Shown here in pieces: positions 1 through 11,374 of a DNA stretch of 29,672 nucleotides. The position numbers and the translations under genes were made by a program. Below the pieces are notes generated by a model, which saw nothing but the letters and a program-made list of their open reading frames with translations, did no database searches and was not told the DNA's origin. Every line of letters starts with the position of its first letter. Positions within the stretch are counted from its first letter, which is position 1. This stretch comes from Octopus sinensis (Eukaryota): contig NW_021832932.1 in the NCBI RefSeq assembly GCF_006345805.1, positions 1 to 29,672 on the forward strand, read 5' to 3'.

Positions 1-59
1 AAAATGCTTATATAGTTATTTCCCTTACAACCCGAGCAACGCCGGGCGATACTGCTAGT
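1..59 (+). mobile_element. Helitron 3' terminus (element runs off the left edge)
   Basis: GC-rich hairpin CCCG-AGCAACGC-CGGG at 31-46, then CTAG at 55-58 and T at 59. This matches the canonical Helitron 3' end (subterminal hairpin, CTRR, insertion before T). Confidence 0.75.
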
Positions 60-553
60 ATATATATATTCTTTCCATCATTTAATCATTAGTACTTGCT
101 GTTTAATTAAAATATTAACTCCATTTCCTAATTTAGCTGATCCACAAATAGATTCGGTTAAAATATTTACCGGACTTAAAAGAAATACCGATGCTAATAC
201 AATCAGTTTACATAAAGGCAATGCTCCAGCATGGCCAGGGTTCAATAACTAAAGGAGTTAAACACATCAGCTACACATTACATACATAACTTGAAATCTC
301 TACTTCACCACGACCACCACCATTTAGTCTGTTAACCTAACTCTATAAATGACACACCCTCTCTTCAATTATTATTCATGTCTTTCTCATCCACAAATCT
401 ACACTTTAAAAAAACACCCATCACTATTCTATTTCTCAACCAAGCTGATAATTCCACAGAAATCTCCAAGAATATTTCTAAATTTACCAAATTATAACAT
501 AGATTATTCCTTCAAATACAATATTTAAATATAATTTATAAAAATATATCAAA

Positions 554-1593
554 ACTGCCTGAAAATAAAACAAATTCCAATATAAAAGTTTATGTTTGAA
601 ATAGTTCTAATGAAGCTTTAACGAAGTGTATTGGTAAATTGCGTATTAAATAAAATAATTACCTGGATTACTTGTGTTGAGATGTTTATTCTAGCCTGAA
701 GACTTTCTCTCTCTCAGAAATATTTTGCAAGAGTGGCAATGGTTTGGCTAGTGTGCTGCACTTAAAGCTATATTTATAATCTACCAGGAAGAAGTTTCTA
801 GACACTTGGTGGGTGTTACCTTGTCAAACCATGTCGAAGCTGATCATCTAGAGCACCTGACAGTTTACGAGTACCACTACCACCAGAAAATATTTCATCT
901 GAAGAGTCAACAAGTAGCAGAAGCCAAGAAATGGCAGAAGCTTTCGTACCATGAACGACTTCAGAGCCTCACTTTCCAAATCAGAGTGAGCTAGATGATT
1001 TAATCAGGGATCTGGGTCTTACTAAGTCAGGAGTTGAACTTCTTTCATCAAGGTTGAAGGAATGGAATCTACTGGGGGAAGACTGCAAGACATCTGTGAA
1101 CTGGAAATGCCATGAAGTGAGGATCATGGTGAGATCAGGACGTCGCAACTATGGAAAGAAGATACCAAGGACGATGGGATACTGCTATGATGGGAGATTA
1201 TATATGGTCTCTAGTCAGAAGAGATGAAGGTATACACTCTAGAAAATCTCGATCGTCAAAGCACTTCTCATCTTAAGAAAGAGTTATCAAGGCATTTACA
1301 GTGCAGAGTTTTATTGTTTCTTTTTGTTGTAACTAATATTATACTTCCTAAATACTTTTCAATCAATGAAAAATTACTAAATGTTGTGTAATTATCCTTA
1401 CAATACTAAAATAGATTGAACTAACAAAGTGCTGTAGAGAAAAGTTACAAATAAACGAGCAAATATGAAATTAGGAATAAATAAATAACTATCGATGTTA
1501 GGTAAAAATGAATGTGATTTTTGAATTTAGTGGCAAAAAATGCTTATATGAACATTAAAAAATACAAATAAACAAAAATGTGTTTACATTGTG
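554..1593 (+). mobile_element. Internally deleted, degenerate DNA transposon, Chapaev3/CMC-like
   Basis: Manual translation gives PDSLRVPLPPEN (~856-890), FPNQSELDDLIRDLGLTKSGVELLSSRLKEWNLL (~975-1075) and SEDHGE..QDVATMERRYQGRWDTAMMGDYIWSL (~1116-1215). These are N- and C-terminal motifs of one widespread transposase family with the core missing. The 3' end reads ...TGTTTACATTGTG followed by TTA (reverse complement begins CAC; TWA-type target). The superfamily name is from recall of the family, and the 5' terminus was not found. Confidence 0.7.
830..1260 (+). pseudogene. Transposase pseudogene fragment (frameshifts, large internal deletion near 1115)
   Basis: Motifs as in the previous feature. 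ORF 806-994 is an off-frame read of this remnant. Confidence 0.75.
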
Positions 1594-2395
1594 TTAATAG
1601 AGTCGTTAGAACGTTGGACTTAGACACAAACTTAATCAGGCTATAAATTTGTTTTTTACTTATTTTGCTTTCTTTCTTTTTATGGAAAAATCCGATCCTC
1701 AATATTGAAATTGTATACATATATAGCTACACACACACACTACCTTGTGGTATTTATACGAACTCTTTGTCTGCTGAGTTCAAATCCTGCGAGATTAATT
1801 TTGATTTTTTATTATGCAAGGGTCGATAATTAAAATGCCAGTCTGAGGTGGTGGTCTGATGGATTTATATATTTGACAAGATGCCTTGTAGTATTTAATG
1901 TGGTTCTTTGTGATCTGAGATCAAATCCTTTTGTTGCCTCCCTGGGTTGCAGACTTAATCTATCACCTTTTTTGACACCATCACCTGGCCCTTGAGATGC
2001 TTTTTAGGAGAGGATTTCTGTTGTATGTTAGGTCTCTTGTTTGAGAATGTCTATCTTCCATTTACCACTTTTGAAGACCCTGGAAATATAAAGGACCATC
2101 GGCAGGGCCCTTCTTCCTTGCTAAGCTTTTAAAAAATTAAGTTTACAAAAAACTAATAATTTAAAAGCCATAAAATTAATTTACAAATTTTAAATTTCAC
2201 TTGAGAATTAGAAATCCACTGTAAACTACCTAAAATTGTGTATCCTTAGATGAACATATCCATTCCTCTAATTTCCATTAAATAGTTTTGACATAGTCAT
2301 AACCAAACTATACTTTATTTTATATTCTGGAAATGAAAATTTTTACTTGTAATGTAACAGTGTAAAATCTTTGAAAAGTTTCTAGACTTTAAAAT

Positions 2396-2666
2396 ACTGC
2401 CTGAAAATAAAACAAATTCCAATATAAAAGTTTATGCTTCAAATAGTTCTAATGAAGCTTTAACGAAGTGTATTGGTAAATTGCATATTAAATAAAATAA
2501 TTACCTGGATTACTTGTGCTGAGGTGTTTATTCTAGCCTGAAGACCGTCTCTCTCAGAAATATCATGCAAAAGTGGCAATGCTTTGGCTAGTGTGCTGCA
2601 CTTACAGCTATATTTATAATCTACCAGGAAGAAGTTTCTGGATACCTGGTGGGTGTTACCTTGTCA
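2396..2666 (+). repeat. Second copy of the 554-826 segment (direct repeat, ~94% identical)
   Basis: By-eye alignment of ACTGCCTGAAAATAAAAC...GTTACCTTGTCA shows about 16 differences in ~273 bp. Confidence 0.95.
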
Positions 2667-3009
2667 TGGGTATGTATCTTGGTTTAAAAGTATGTCTGTT
2701 GTAGTGTATAGGTATGTGTGTGTATATGTTGGTGTGTTGTAGTATATGTTAGCCAGATTGCATCGACACGCCTATCTCAGATTACCACAGACTGTATAAA
2801 TGACACCCTCTCCCCACCTCCCATCCAATCCTATATTCTTTCTTTCTCTCTTTACATCCTCTCCAACATGGCCACCACCACCACCTCCCATGCATTTCCA
2901 TTCAAGTGTTTCATGTTTCTGAACCAATCATATTCACTTATTTTGCCTTCTTTCTTTATATGGAAAAATCCCATCCTCAACATTTAAATTTGTATACATG
3001 CTTATATAG

Positions 3010-3046
<37 letters not shown>

Positions 3047-3187
3047 TATATATACATATAAACATGTACCTACAAACACACCCATATACATACACACATA
3101 CAGGCATACCTTTTCCAATGAGTTGTAGTGACCCTAACATTGTATACAATAAGCCCATTATAGTTATTATTATTATTATAATTAATA

Positions 3188-3395
3188 AGAATCGTTAGCA
3201 TGCTGGGCGAAATGCTTAGTGGTATTTCACTTGTCGCTACGTTCCAAGTTCAAATTCCACCGAGGTCGACTATTGTTTCATCTTCCCAGGGTCAATAAAA
3301 CAAGTATCATTTGAGTAGTGAGGCCGATGTAGTCGACCGTCCGCTTCCCTACAAAATGTCAGGCCTTGTGCCTTTAGAAGAAAGGACTATTATTT
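3188..3395 (+). mobile_element. tRNA-derived SINE, family A (head GAGCTGGCAGAATCGTTAG type)
   Basis: Contains AGAATCGTTAGCATGCTGGGCGAAATGCTTAG, B-box-like GTTCAAATTCC, GAGGTCGAC and 3' GGCCTTGTGCC. The same family recurs at 3684, 7388, 26125, 27558 and 28008. Confidence 0.8.
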
Positions 3396-3635
3396 ATGCA
3401 GTGAATGACTTCATCGTTAATGTGTCGGACATTGAACGAAGCAAGGAGGGAGAATGCTTTAGAGTAGCTAACCCTGCTAGAAATAACAGCCAAATCTCCT
3501 TCTAGTCAGATTCTATTGTTATAGGAATGTATATATGTATGTATTGAGCCAATGACCGAGAGCTCTGTATGGCTCGGTGCATCAGCATGGCCGCAGCTCT
3601 GAGCTGAAACTAGAAAAAAAATATAAATATATATG

Positions 3636-3666
<31 letters not shown>

Positions 3667-3683
3667 ATATATGTATGTATATC

Positions 3684-3872
3684 TGCTGAGCTGGCAGAAT
3701 CGTTAGTACACCAGGCAAAATGCTTAGCAGTGTTTTCATCTGACTTTATGTTCTGAGTTCTAATTCCATGGAGACTCACATTCAGGGACGATGGCCACTG
3801 GGACTGATGCAATCAAAACTGGAGCATTCCACGAACCTGCTGGCCTTGTGCCAAAATTTGAATCCAATATTT
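3684..3872 (+). mobile_element. SINE family A, internally deleted copy
   Basis: Head CTGAGCTGGCAGAATCGTTAG and tail CTGGCCTTGTGCCAAAATTTGAA. Confidence 0.75.
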
Positions 3873-4054
3873 ATAGATATAAATATAATTGTGCACATAT
3901 TTATACACAAAAGAGGTGACCTTTAACAGGACACCTTACGTGCTAGAGAGGGCAGTTAAAGCCCAAACCACAAGAGTAATTTCAAAGGGAACTCAAGTTT
4001 CTCTATTACTGTGCAAATAAATTAATTTGCCCAAATGGAAATTGTTGTTAAGAT

Positions 4055-4380
4055 ACCTGTGCCGGTGACATGTTAAAAGTACCGTCCGAACGTGGCAGAT
4101 GCCAGCGTGGCCTGACTGTCGTTCGTGTCGGTGACACGTAAAAGCACCAACAATCGTGGCCGTTTGCCAGCCTCCCCTCTTGCCCCTGTGCGGTGGCACG
4201 TAAAAGCACCCACTACACTCACAGAGTGGTTGGCGTTAGGAAGGGCATCCAGCCGTAGAAACGCTGCCAGATCAGACTGGAGCTTGGTGAAGTCTTCTGG
4301 CTTCCCAGACCCTGGTCAAACTGTCCAACCCATGCTAGCATGGAAAATGGACGTTAAACGATGATGATGATGATGATGAT
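4055..4380 (+). mobile_element. SINE-like retroposon, family D (GGCACGTAAAAGCACC repeats, GGAAGGGCATCCAGC domain, (GAT)n tail)
   Basis: Three ~62-bp internal repeats, then GGTTGGCGTTAGGAAGGGCATCCAGCCGTAGAAAC, ending ...GGACGTTAAACGATGATGATG. Related copies at 18185-18620 (-) and 23935-24190 (+), with tail-only pieces at 23733-23775 and 25205-25270 (-). Confidence 0.8.
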
Positions 4381-5029
4381 TTGTGGTTGTGTATATATAT
4401 ATGTGTGTGTGTATATGTATATATGTGTGTGTATATCTATATATATATGATGTATATAATATATATATATATATATATATACACATACACACACATACAT
4501 ACAGTCACACACTTTACACTCATGCCTTCCCCCAATACAATCTGGTCCTCCACCCCTTCTCAACAACACTTTCCTTTCCTCCTACTTCATGCCCCTCCAC
4601 TCTCCCTCATATGCCTCCTCACACACATTCACTCTCAATGCCCTCACAGACGTACCATTGTCCCCTTAGACACTCCTGTATCTCTCACCCTCTTAGGGAT
4701 CACCCCTCTCTCTTCTCTCTATCCACACACCCTGTCCAGTCTTCTGAACCCCTTCATTATGCAGGTGCTCCTACTTCTTTGTGCATTCACTCTGCCTATT
4801 CCGAATATGATCCTATTTAATAAGAGAGGAGGGGAGTGAAAAGTAACGCTCTCTTTCTGTAGAGAGACTGTCCAACTGTCTGTCTCTGCGTCCGTCCGTC
4901 TGTCCATGCATCCAATCACACAAACAGGTATATGGTTCAAATTTACAGGAAACAAAAGACAGGTGTAGGAACAAGGAACACATGTTTTAGTTAAAAGCTC
5001 GAGAATGGAAAGTTTATTTCATATTATTT

Positions 5030-5035
5030 ACATAA

Positions 5036-5068
<33 letters not shown>

Positions 5069-5181
5069 ATATATTATATTATATATATATATTTACCTAT
5101 ATATGATTGTTTGCATGTATATATACATATGTGTATATATATATATATGTACATATATATGTGTGTATATATATATATATA

Positions 5182-5232
<51 letters not shown>
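5030..5232. repeat. (TA)n-rich compound microsatellite
   Basis: Direct reading. It explains the YIYI ORFs here. Confidence 0.97.
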
Positions 5233-5234
<2 letters not shown>

Positions 5235-5939
5235 AATTGAGATAGGGGTTGTAAATGCAACCCTCCATGGGATAACCATATCCAATATACTGCTATTTAC
5301 TTATATTTATATTCTCTTATACATATTATACTTATTGTATCACATTACTCCTTTATGTACACTGTTTTGTTCTATATTATTATGTTTGACCTTAAAGTTT
5401 CTTATGTGGTGGTTTAATAAAGTATGTGATTGGGTATTATCTGGAAATTAATATTTGATTTGGATGTATTCTCCATTTTCTTATTTTGTATATATATATT
5501 TACCTATATATGATTTTTGTATGTATATGTACATTATGCACATAATGCAAGCTAATTAATTAGTGAGAGAATGTAACGCAGTCCCCATAACTTACTCAGT
5601 GCCCCAAAACCTAATAATTACGTGAGCAGAATGGTAACAACGTATTACTGGTATTTAATGTTTTTCACTGTCTGGCGAGATGCTGTGTAAAGTTAGTCCA
5701 AATAGTATGTCATGGCTGGAATGTCTTGGCTTCTAGATTTGATGGATCAGGGCTGAGTTGGGGCTAAACTGCTATAACTACACTAATACGATCCTCTCCC
5801 TCCGACAGGCACCATGACCACCACCACTAGCATGGACTATTAGAGAAAGTAGGTAAACCTCACCCAAATCACATGTGGAACAATAAATTTGTAGCTGGCA
5901 TTCACTGACTTGATCAACAAGCTTGGGAGAAATGACATG

Positions 5940-6185
5940 ACAGCAACAACAACACCAACAATATCACACCACCACCACCACCACACCACACCACACCACA
6001 CCACCACACCACACCACACCACACCACCACACCACCACCACCACAACAACCACCACCACAAAACCAACAACAACACAACAACACACACCAACACACACAC
6101 AACCACACACCACCACCACCAAACCACCACCACCACCACCACCACCACCACCACACCACAACACCACCACACCACCACAACCATC
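5940..6185. repeat. (CAC)n/(CAA)n/(CACAC)n low-complexity tract
   Basis: Direct reading. It explains the poly-His/Thr and poly-Val/Trp ORFs. Confidence 0.95.
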
Positions 6186-7387
6186 AAGACCAAAGAAAGA
6201 AATAAATTCATGATGTATAAAAGTTAAGAATGTTAGAGCTGTTAGAAATAGCAGCCAAATCCCCTTCCAACAACACCATTTTGTCTTAACATAACTTCAT
6301 ACATATTTATGTATGTGACCAGTGACAGTTGAATTGTACATGAGGGCTAGAGCTGTTAGAAATAGCAGCCAAATGCCCCTCCAACCTACTGAAATTAACT
6401 GCAGCTTATAAATTCTATGGCTGTCTTTCAACAAATGAACAACAGGTCCATTTAACTGCAGCACTTCATATGCTAGAAACAACAGCAAGATTTTAGCAAA
6501 CATGTATATGAAGACAGAGAAAGAGAAGGAGCAATTTTGATGTAATCACCCCAAACAACCCCTCAAAACTTTTTCCTTTTTGTGAATTTTTAGAAGAGTT
6601 TTGTAAATTTGTTCTAAACACAGGAATTGATACAGTTATGCAAAAGTGAAAAGAAAAGATAGTTTTTGTGTTTTTAAGGGCTATTTAGCTGTTATTTTTA
6701 GCATATCGCATGACCACTTGATACCCTCCTTGTTTGTTTCTCACTCTTACGTATTGATGTTTTCATTATCTTTCAATAAATTCATTTAATGGTCTTTTGA
6801 TGGGATTTAAGCACAAAGTCCAGACTGTCCATTTTTTTAATTTCAAAATATTAAAACAAAATTTCCTGGAAATTGAAAAAAAACAAAACTGTTATGAGTG
6901 ATTATATGGGATGCTTCAATCAGAATTCCGACATGGACAAAATATAGAAAGAAGCAGAAAGAAAAATATTTAAATATCTCATGTATCAATGCTTAATGGA
7001 CACTAGACCTGCTGCAAGAAATAGCAGCCAAGTCTCCCTAAATCACAGACCTGTCTCTCTGTGTGTCTGTCTATCTATTATCAGCTCTTCTTCACAGCAT
7101 TTTAGGATCAGATACCTTCCTTGCAACCCTCCTCCGTATAGACATTCAGTCCCAGGGCACCATTTTCTACCATACACATATATGATTATTCTTTGTCTGT
7201 TGGCACAAGGCCTGGAATTCTAGTAGAGGCAGCTAATTGACTCCATCGACCCTGCGTGTGAACGATTCTTCCACCTCACCGGCTTATACACATACACATA
7301 CTGTAACGTCTCTCTCTCTCTCTGTCACTCTCTCCTTCTCTATCTTTCTATTCATCTATTAATTATGTAATAATTCTCATTTTACAT

Positions 7388-7588
7388 TTAGCACAAGGCC
7401 TGCAATTATTGTGGGCACCTAATCGATTACATTGACCCTATTACTTGATTTGTGCTCAATTCATGACCTTGGAACGATTGGATGCAAAGTTACCCTCACC
7501 AGAATTTGAACTCACAATGTGAAACAACGAAATGGCGTGAAGCATTTCCTCTGGCATGTGAGGGATTCTGCCAACATGCTGCCTTATG
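7388..7588 (-). mobile_element. SINE family A, old copy
   Basis: Reverse complement of the family A head (GATTCTGCCAACATGCTGCC) and tail (GCACAAGGCC). Confidence 0.7.
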
Positions 7589-7626
<38 letters not shown>

Positions 7627-8221
7627 CTATAACTACAATAATATATATCATATATAGTTATATTAATACATATATGCTTCTAGAAATAGCAGTCAAATCT
7701 CCTAAAATCACACACCATGCTGTGTTATGTCTGAGGAAATTAACTGCATTGTAGGAAGGCTCGTTGGAATTACCAGCCAATTAAAGCTCTAATTACAGTG
7801 TAATTTCTAATGCATGTATATATGAGGTCATACAGGATCTCTATCTGGTAGCTAGATCACTGTTGATTCAACCCCTCCCCTTAAAATTTCTAGCATTCTC
7901 CATAAATCAGGAAAAAAAAATCTATTCTTTCTGAGGGCAGGGAGTCGCTTTTTGTATATCTGTGTATATAGTTGTATTGATATTTTCTCTTGTAGAAATA
8001 GCAGTCAAATCCCTTTAAATCACACATTATACTGAAATATTAGCATTGTGACTCGGCTTGTTAGAAATAACATCCAAATCTCCCTCTGAAATTAAACATA
8101 GGAGATGAAAGAGAGAGAGAGCAGAATGAGAGAGAAAACAGTGAGAGAGGGAGGAGGACATATAATGATTGAGTGAGAAAGAAGGAGGGATCGCTGGAAT
8201 AAATACAAGGCTTAACAAAAA

Positions 8222-9377
8222 TATGAGGGGTGTTCATTAAAGATGTTCCCTCACCCACCCACTTCCAGTTATTGCAGGAAACGGAACTTGTACAGGTATA
8301 GTCATACCTGTCTCTCCATGTCACATTGTAAATTGCAGCTTTCCACTCGGATTCGTTTGTCTTTTGCGGCTGCTGAAGTGGACTAAGCTGTTATAATGGA
8401 GGCAGTTGAATGCAGATCAGGGATCAGGTTCTTATACTTGGAAGGTCGTACACCAAATGATGAGATGAAAGAAGCACTTATGGTGACGATGCACCATCAT
8501 ACAACATAGTCAAGCACTGGCATCACCTGTTCAAATGGGGCTGGACATTGGTGGAAACTGTTGGACAACCACATTCTGCCATTGATGATGATGCCATCCA
8601 TAAAGTGGAAGCTGCATTTTGGAGGATCACCACAGAACTTTATGGCAACTAACCCAAAAAGTGAAGATAAGCTTAGGATCTGTGGAAAAAAACTCATTTA
8701 CAACCATTTGTACATGTTATCAGCACAATGGATTCCCCAGATGCTCACATCTTTTCAAAAGCAGGAATGGGTCAATTGTTCCAAGGCCCTTTTGGCAATG
8801 TGTCAAGAAAATGAGGAGGTTTTTTTTTGGCAGACTTATCCACAGGATGAAGCATGGGTCCATCACAATGGTCCTGAGACTAAAGTCCAGTCAAAACAAT
8901 GGAAGTATGATAACTCATCACCTCCAAAGAAGGGTCGTGTCCAGCCCTGACCAGGCAAGGTGATGCTCAATCTTTTTGGACCAGCACAGATTAGTGATGA
9001 TGGATTTTCTGGCAAAGGGCTCCACAATTAATGGGGCAGATCATGCTTCTCTGCTGCAGAAATTGCAGGATACCATCAAAGCAGAGAAGCATGGCATGCT
9101 GACCAAAGGAGTCTGCTTCCTCAAAGACAACAACTCAGTTCACAAAACACGTGTTGCCCAGATGGAAGCACACTCCTGTGGCTATGAAATCCTTACTCTC
9201 CTGACCTCGCACCATCTGACTTCCACCTCTTTCCAACCATGAAATCTTTTTTGAAGGAGAAGAAATTTTCAGATGACAAACTTATTTCTGAGGTAAAGCC
9301 TTGACTCTAGATGCAGCCTACCAACTTCTACAGATGAGGGATACACAACTGCATAAAAGAGACAGGAGAAGTGTGAC
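8222..9377 (+). mobile_element. Mariner (Tc1/mariner, D,D34D) element, 3'-truncated, with transposase pseudogene
   Basis: 5' end TA-TGAGGGGTGTTCA (mariner-type TIR). ATG at 8396 (MEAVECRSGIRFLYLEGRTP), then QDEAWVHH..PETKVQSKQWK (D at 8846), LKDNNSVH (D at 9126) and SPDLAPSDFHLF (D at 9218). The D2-D3 spacing is 92 nt instead of 105, consistent with a 13-nt loss of the PHPPY codons. Multiple frameshifts and stops. Confidence 0.92.
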
Positions 9378-10305
9378 ACCACTTCTGGAGGACAATTGAA
9401 GGTTCCTATGGGACAACATGTTGCGGGCTACTGACCAGATCTGTGGCTGGTGCAAAGGCCCACTTGACCTAAGGTGGCATGGTGGTGGAACAATGTAGTT
9501 GACAAGGTCATTAGGGAAAAGAAACAGGCATGGAAGGACTGGAAGTGTGGTGGAAGCAGGGAACTGTATCAGATCGCCCAGAGGAAGCTAGGAGACAGGT
9601 TTACTAGCCAGAAGGGAAGCAGGTAAGAAAAAAAATTTGCCAATGTTCTTTCTTGTGTGGACCAGAAACTCAAAGTGTTTCATATTGCAAGACAGTGTGT
9701 GAGAGAGAATTGTGATGTCAAAAGAGAGAAATGTGTCTGCATGGATGATGGGTCACTTGCATTTAATGATGCTGCAAAGAGAGAGACTTGGAGATGCCAC
9801 TATAAATGGTTCCTGAATGGGAGAAAGTGTGCCAAATGTTGACCTAACAGAGGGATCAGCTATTCAAATTGACAGTACCTTGGTAGATAAAGCAATTAAG
9901 GGTATGGAAGCAGGGAAAGCTCCTGCCTCATTAGGAATCACTGCTGTGATGCTTAAAATATCTGGTGGTGTAGGCTGTAGTCTAGTCACATGTATAGTCA
10001 AGCAGGTGATGTGCAAAGGGGTCATACCCAATGACTGGTGTTGCAGCACCATAATCAATTGCTACAAAGGTAAAGGTGATGCATTAGACAAAACTAATTA
10101 CAGAGGTATGAAATTGTTGGACCAGGTGATGAAAGCCACGGAGAGGGACATAGCCCAACTAAATAGGGAGTGAGTTAGTTTAGATGAGATGCAGTTTGGG
10201 TTTGTGCCAGGGAGAAGCACTATTGATGCTATATTTCTGGTAAAGCAACTGCAGGAGAAATACCTAGTCAAAGATAAGTCTCCATACTTGGCATTCATTG
10301 ACATT
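9378..10305 (+). mobile_element. RTE-clade LINE ORF fragment (linker plus start of RT), degenerate
   Basis: WWWNNVVDKVIREKKQAWKDWK, GKAPASLGITAVMLK, IPNDWCCSTIINCYKGKGDALDKTNYRGMKLL, MQFGFVPGRSTIDAIFLVKQLQEKY..AFID. Truncated at both ends. Confidence 0.92.
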
Positions 10306-11109
10306 TTTTATTGAACTTAAACATTTGACCCTTTAAATTAACTTTGGTACACGCAGCTATCAGGTGACATTTTTGTCACCTGGTCATAGTTTTCAGGGGT
10401 CCTTATGCCTCTGATCCACCTGTCCATAAGGGTATTCTTGGCCATTGAGGTGGTGGTAGGGTGTCTACCTGTTTTCAGTTGACTGGGCCAGAAACATGGA
10501 TAATCTTGCGAAAACAAACTCATAAACCTAAAAAATAGGTTGTGCTTTATTGACTGAAATGACTAAATCTTTTTGAATAGAGAAACATCAGGTGAGTTTT
10601 ATTTCAAACAATTGTTTTCGGGTAAGGTCATAAATATATCTGTATTTATGTATAAGTAAATGTGCACCCAAGCACATCTGCCCACAGACACACTCACTCT
10701 TATGTATGTTTTTACTTAGACATAAACACAGGTGACATTGTAGCTGGCCTAAATCTCATCTTTTCAAATAAAACTCACCTGATTCTTTTGTTCAGCAGGT
10801 ATTAAATCCTTTCATTCAATAATGCACAACAACCGGTTTTTTTTCCTTTTTCACTTATTTATTTTTTTTTTTGCTTATTATTTTGACCTCTTGCAATTTC
10901 TATTCATGTGTATGTGTGTGCATATATGTATGCGTGTGTGCAAACAGCTGCATGCTAATGTGTGTGCGTAGGGATGTGACACACCCATCAAGACCTGGGC
11001 AGACATGAAGACTGCATGAAAAGAAATCTGATACACCCTCCACCCTCCACCCCACCGAAGAAAGGAGAAGACTTTGGAAATTGCTTTTAAGTAAGAAACT
11101 CTGTCTGTC

Positions 11110-11140
<31 letters not shown>

Positions 11141-11273
11141 GGTGGTGCTGCAGCATGACCACAGCTGCATGACGGAAATGAGTAAAAGAAAACAATAAAA
11201 CAATAGTATATATGCATACATATATGACACAGACAATACATATACATACATACATACAAATATTATAACACAC

Positions 11274-11304
<31 letters not shown>

Positions 11305-11335
11305 CATCATATATCATATGAAATATATATATATA

Positions 11336-11350
<15 letters not shown>

Positions 11351-11374
<24 letters not shown>

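Noticed and set aside
1990-2090. Good-looking minus-strand acceptor (CCTTTATATTTCCAG|G) suggesting an exon
   Set aside because: All three frames hit stops within ~55 nt and there is no other exon support.
5910-6227. Poly-His/Thr ORF (105 aa)
   Set aside because: It is a (CAC)n/(CAA)n simple repeat read-through.
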